From Flectonema sp. DT1601 (lineage: Eukaryota), in NCBI GenBank assembly GCA_964019425.1, contig OZ025794.1:992001-1056000 (forward strand): a stretch of DNA of 64,000 nt. The letters are read 5' to 3'. Below, piece after piece: positions 59,730 to 64,000 of the stretch; the first letter of the stretch is position 1; each line of letters opens with the position of its first letter. The notes beneath the pieces were generated by a model. That model ran no database searches. It had not been told where the DNA came from and saw nothing but the letters and a program-made list of their open reading frames with translations. Position numbers and translations under genes: made by a program.

Positions 59730-61913
59730 TCACATCAAAGGCTGAATAGTTGGAAAGTATTTTTCCAAAAGCTTTTTTGCGATTTCGACACTGTCTCCTA
59801 CTGCGTGTGGGAGAAAGTTTTGCTTGCTTTTTTGCCATGCTTCTTCAACATTGAGGATAGCAGTATCATAAGCCTTTTGATCGAACGGCTTGTGAGCATC
59901 AAGGTCAGACATTAGCATCGATGTGAATAATGACCAACGATTGCCGTAATACGTTTTAATCAACCCACCCCACTGCTTTGACGCGTAGTCGTTAATCTGA
60001 CCAGTTGGTCCCCAAAGAGTTAACTGATTGCGTGCATTGTAATCAAACAGCTCAGCATCAGCTTCATTCTGAGCAAGTGTTCTGGCATCATTTGTCCAGT
60101 TCCCCAATAAGTGATACTTGTTAGAACTCTGAAGTGCGTCAAAGTCAGAGATAAGACCCATCATGTCACCACACAAAGTCTTGAGTAACGGAGAGTTACC
60201 GGCATTAAAGGCTGCGGTAATATTACGTTGAACATTTTGAGAATAGTCAGAAAGAGCTTGTCTGGTTAAGTCAGCAACATCATAGTAATAAGTTTCAGAC
60301 TTTCCATAAGTATCAGAATCTAATAAAAGACTCTTCACAGCGCGAACCAACTGAGTTTTATCATAAAACACTGAAGTGTGACCAGTCATACTCAATTGTG
60401 GACGAAGTTCAATTACCGCCTTTGGTCCCAACACTTGGCCGGAGTTTCCTTCGTTGTAAATTAATTTCTGAATTGCTACCCAAGCAGCTTCCGCATTCGG
60501 CGACACCTTTCCGTATCTCCTGTGATAGTAGTCAATTATCCACTGAGTGGTGTTGGTTGGGGATGATCTCCAAGTATTCTCCAACATAAATTCATAAATT
60601 GGATAATTCTGCAGAGTTGATTCTGGAGTTAACCCTACACCTACCATTGAGTAGCTGCTGTCTTTAAGAACTGTGTGAGGTGCCGTGTTGATTATAGGCA
60701 TTTTTCCTGCTAGTCCCATGTCTCCACCGAAGTCGTGAAGCATGTTCCAGATGAATGGCTTTCCAAAGTAGGAATTGAATCTTTGAAATTGAGGTCTTGA
60801 ATCAGAATACAAATCTAAGATAAGCATTCCAGAGTCAGGGACTCCTGAGAGGTAGGCTTCAACAGTTCTGTTGTTCCAAAACCCTTCTAAAAACAACCAT
60901 CCTTGCATTACCCAAATAGCATCCTTATCAACAGCAGTCATGTAGTTGTACATCGCACCAGACGCATCCTTTAAGAATTGTGAGTCTGAAGATGGCGGAG
61001 TCATTTCATTGTACTGATCAGCGTTGTACAGATGATCAGTTCCGTAAATTTCTGTTTGAAGTTCTAAGAATTTCTTACCGACTTGTACAAACATCGGATC
61101 CGTTTGAACGATTGTGTACACCGATCCGTAGTTACCTGGCATACGATTCCAGTCAGGAAGTCTGGATACTTTCATTTTTGGAAAGTGTTTTGTCATCGCT
61201 TCCGGTATGTGACCAGCAAAAGCCGGCAAGATAGGAGTAAAACTCAAAGATCTCATTCTCTGAAGAATCTGAATCTGAAGATCTTTTCTACCAGAAAGAA
61301 AGTACTGCGGCAATGGTCCACCCCAACCTCTCATGTTTCCCATTCTCTGCCAAGCAAGAAACGCTGGTCCAGAAAAGAATGTTCCAATTTCAGTGTCATT
61401 AAGACCAAATGATCTGAAGGTTTCCTGCCAGACGTATTCCTGTCCAGTGAAGGCGAGCGGTGCGTTGATTCCGTTCAGAGCCATCCAATCGATCTCACGT
61501 TCCCAACGACCCCACTTCCAGAAAGCCATCGTGTAGCTGACGGTACAAACATTTTCATAATATCCGTACTTCGCTTGTCTGGTTAGAGTGAAGTTTCCAT
61601 CGGAAATCCTCGGTAACGGATCTGCGAGGTCCAGATTATCACCTGACCATGATAATTGACAAAAAGCAGTGTATTTTAAATAGTGATTCAGACCCATTGC
61701 TACTAACAATGGTGATGTTCCGTGAACAGTAATTGTTCCATTCCCGCTGTTTGAAACTTCAACAGTTTCTGTTGCAGCTTCCTGAATTACGATCACGAAC
61801 TCTGCGTCTCTGCCAGCCGGTAGAACTCTCTTGAAAAGGCCACGAGCAGCATCTTCCGCTGGAGTTGCCGCAACCGCCGAAGCGAATAATAACAATAACA
61901 ACTTGCTTATCAT
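59730..61913 (-). CDS. NAGLU: Alpha-N-acetylglucosaminidase (GH89)
   Basis: Signal peptide; YYENVCTVSYT..FW.W.RWEREIDWMALNGIN; GPAFLAWQRMGN; YNEM.P; WVMQGWLF; NARNQLTLWGP; DYASKQWGGL. Confidence 0.97.
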   Translation of the reverse strand: MISKLLLLLFASAVAATPAEDAARGLFKRVLPAGRDAEFVIVIQEAATETVEVSNSGNGTITVHGTSPLLVAMGLNHYLKYTAFCQLSWSGDNLDLADPLPRISDGNFTLTRQAKYGYYENVCTVSYTMAFWKWGRWEREIDWMALNGINAPLAFTGQEYVWQETFRSFGLNDTEIGTFFSGPAFLAWQRMGNMRGWGGPLPQYFLSGRKDLQIQILQRMRSLSFTPILPAFAGHIPEAMTKHFPKMKVSRLPDWNRMPGNYGSVYTIVQTDPMFVQVGKKFLELQTEIYGTDHLYNADQYNEMTPPSSDSQFLKDASGAMYNYMTAVDKDAIWVMQGWLFLEGFWNNRTVEAYLSGVPDSGMLILDLYSDSRPQFQRFNSYFGKPFIWNMLHDFGGDMGLAGKMPIINTAPHTVLKDSSYSMVGVGLTPESTLQNYPIYEFMLENTWRSSPTNTTQWIIDYYHRRYGKVSPNAEAAWVAIQKLIYNEGNSGQVLGPKAVIELRPQLSMTGHTSVFYDKTQLVRAVKSLLLDSDTYGKSETYYYDVADLTRQALSDYSQNVQRNITAAFNAGNSPLLKTLCGDMMGLISDFDALQSSNKYHLLGNWTNDARTLAQNEADAELFDYNARNQLTLWGPTGQINDYASKQWGGLIKTYYGNRWSLFTSMLMSDLDAHKPFDQKAYDTAILNVEEAWQKSKQNFLPHAVGDSVEIAKKLLEKYFPTIQPLM

Positions 61914-62106
61914 AATTCCTCTTTGGGGGGGGTAATTTGATACTGCATTGGGGGGGGTTGAAATGTTTGAATATATCTATGAAGAAATAAATATCCGTAT
62001 CGTATCAGAGTTAACTAAAACAAATGTTAAACTGACGAAAGGTAATGTTAGTATGTTAGTATGTTAGTATAGGCAAACACTCTGCAGACGACGTTGAGGA
62101 CCTTTA

Positions 62107-62154
62107 CACATCTCTTTTTCCGTGTTGTCATTCAGTGCAGTACGGAATCGAGTT
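62107..62154 (+). repeat. Dispersed repeat module C
   Basis: Matches 26990-27039. Confidence 0.8.
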
Positions 62155-63031
62155 ATTCAATAATTCCCCTTGTGATGATTAAATATAGTTAGTATATAAA
62201 GCACTAGAGGAGGTTAATTAACACTTTGATGTCCTACGGCTTAAGCGGGGAATGTATCACCAAAATAGAAGCGACTATTTTAATATTTTTTATAAGATTT
62301 CTATCTGTTGAAGGACTTCCCTGAGAATGAATTATGGATTAGACTCAAACACACTTAGAATAGTGTGACAAAAAAAAAAAAAAATAATAATAACAATTAA
62401 AAAAAAAAAAAAAAAAAAAAAAAATAGATTCGCAAAAGTAAAACAGTTGAATAATGAAAACTGATGACATTATTAATTTTTTTTTTTTTTTTTTGGCTGA
62501 ACATTGGCATTAGTTGTGGTAATAGCCTTGTACAGTAGAAGAAAAAGGCGAAAAAAAGGGAGACGATACAAAACAGTCACGCTCGGCAAGCAACAAAACG
62601 TGATTGCAATTTTTTTTTTTTCCTCTGTTCTTTTTTTTTTTTTTTTTTCATTTTTTTGGTTGCCGGTTAACAATAACTGCTAGTAGAACAATTTCTCTGT
62701 TTTTTTTGTTTTGTTTTTTTTCCCAATTGTGTTCTTATTACTTTGGATCATTTAGTAGATTTAGTTACGCAACCAGACCGTCTTTGTTTTGTCCAATTGT
62801 TGCCAACTAGACAACAGCCGCTCAAAATAACGGATTTTTTTGTTACTGCACACAAAATAGGGGGAGAAACCTGTGGCAGCAGAGTCGGAAGCTACCCTCC
62901 AGCCCACCTTTTTCAAGTTCGAAAGTAAAATTGGGAGGTTTCCGAATCGTCAAAAGCCCCCGAGATTTTCTTTTTTTTTTCAATTCTGCTTTTCCATGAT
63001 TGAGAAAAGAACTCTAAGCTTAACACAAAAA

Positions 63032-63967
63032 CTATAACTTCGACTCGTTGAAATTCGCACTGGTTCTTGTTTCATCCTTCGAGAGGGTGCGGACATCACC
63101 TCTCTTTAGAGAAACCTTAATTTGAGTTTTAGGAGCGAGTGCTCTGATAGGTTCAACATTAGGATCAAAACGGTAGACTGCTAAATCTTTTTTAGTAAAC
63201 CCAAATTCTTCAATAAGCAGCTCATCATCGATGTTTTGAGTACCGTTGAGTGTTGACCCAACAATTGCTAAAACACAGTCTGCAAGAATTGTTGCTTTTC
63301 TCCAATTCTTAGTCGATCCTAATTTGAAGTTCTTTGAAGCCTGACTCTCAACAACAGTTGCTGGCCACAATGAGTTACCAGTTATGTTATTCTTAGCACC
63401 CTCAGCTGCAGCACCCATAGCCACCATTGTCATTCCAAACTTGCTGATATTATAAGCGGTGAATCCCTGGTACCTTTCGTAATCTGTTTGAATAGGAGGC
63501 GACATCGTAATTACTCTTCCGAATTTGTTTTTTCTCATGTATGGAAGAGCTAATTTAGTGAGAATGAAACTACCTCTCGTATTAATCCCTGTTATCAAGT
63601 CGTACTTGTTAATAGGTGTGTCCTCTATGTCGTGCCACCAAAGTGCTGAGGCATTATTAATAACTATGTCAATTCTACCAAAGTGAGCTACGGTATCTTC
63701 AACACATTTTTCGATAGTTTTGGCATCTCTCATGTCTACTTTGCAAGGGAGAGCATCAACTCCAAGTTGCTTCATCTCTTCAGCGACACTGAAGATCGTT
63801 CCTGGTAGATTCTTTGTCGGTTCTGTAGTCTTTGCAGCAATCACAATATTACATCCGCACTTAGCCAAAGCAATTGCGCATTCCCTTCCGATTCCTCGGG
63901 TGCTTCCGGAAATAATCGCAACCTTTCCCTTTAAATCTGGGTTGTTGAGTTTCGGAGAAGACGCCAT
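63032..63967 (-). CDS. HSDL2: HSDL2-like short-chain dehydrogenase/reductase, peroxisomal (PTS1), no SCP2 domain
   Basis: SGSTRGIG, IAAKT..P...LPGTI, INNASA, YxxxK (YNISK), NSLWP; C-terminal SKL. Confidence 0.9.
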   Translation of the reverse strand: MASSPKLNNPDLKGKVAIISGSTRGIGRECAIALAKCGCNIVIAAKTTEPTKNLPGTIFSVAEEMKQLGVDALPCKVDMRDAKTIEKCVEDTVAHFGRIDIVINNASALWWHDIEDTPINKYDLITGINTRGSFILTKLALPYMRKNKFGRVITMSPPIQTDYERYQGFTAYNISKFGMTMVAMGAAAEGAKNNITGNSLWPATVVESQASKNFKLGSTKNWRKATILADCVLAIVGSTLNGTQNIDDELLIEEFGFTKKDLAVYRFDPNVEPIRALAPKTQIKVSLKRGDVRTLSKDETRTSANFNESKL

Positions 63968-64000
63968 TTTAGTAGAAGACAGAAGACCTGAATAAATTAA

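Noticed and set aside
1..64000. Alternative genetic code, tRNA/rRNA/SL RNA genes, autonomous transposon ORFs
   Set aside because: Conserved genes translate cleanly with the standard code and use TAA, TAG and TGA as stops. I saw no recognisable RNA gene, RT or transposase by eye; a covariance search was not possible.

Overview
This is AT-rich eukaryotic nuclear DNA with many homopolymer tracts. It holds 21 supportable protein-coding genes, all on the minus strand. Most start codons have a polypyrimidine+AG site upstream, and 11 short (64-97 nt) GT-AG coding introns can be reconstructed. One unidirectional cluster plus conventional introns, together with DEC..PC...Q.C.DP EGF-like repeats and PTPAP stalk proteins, suggests a free-living euglenozoan, most likely a diplonemid; this is inference only. 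Recognisable products are IMPDH, prolyl 4-hydroxylase, an EF-hand calpain, sulfite oxidase, a SWEET transporter, coatomer zeta, HRD1, ZNF207/BuGZ, CFAP58, a PTB/hnRNP-L-like RRM protein, two PPR-like proteins, GH89 NAGLU and a peroxisomal HSDL2-like SDR. The most unusual signal lies at 19.4-22.0 kb: nine copies of one stem-loop motif (stem-GCGGA-loop-ATCRC-AA(A)-stem) carried on different, mutually compensating outer stems. Also notable are two contrasting classes of 3' splice site (A/C-rich in cis introns, pyrimidine-rich upstream of genes), a set of modular dispersed repeats including a 16-bp-TIR MITE-like element, and a 9.7 kb ORF-free tract downstream of the RRM gene.
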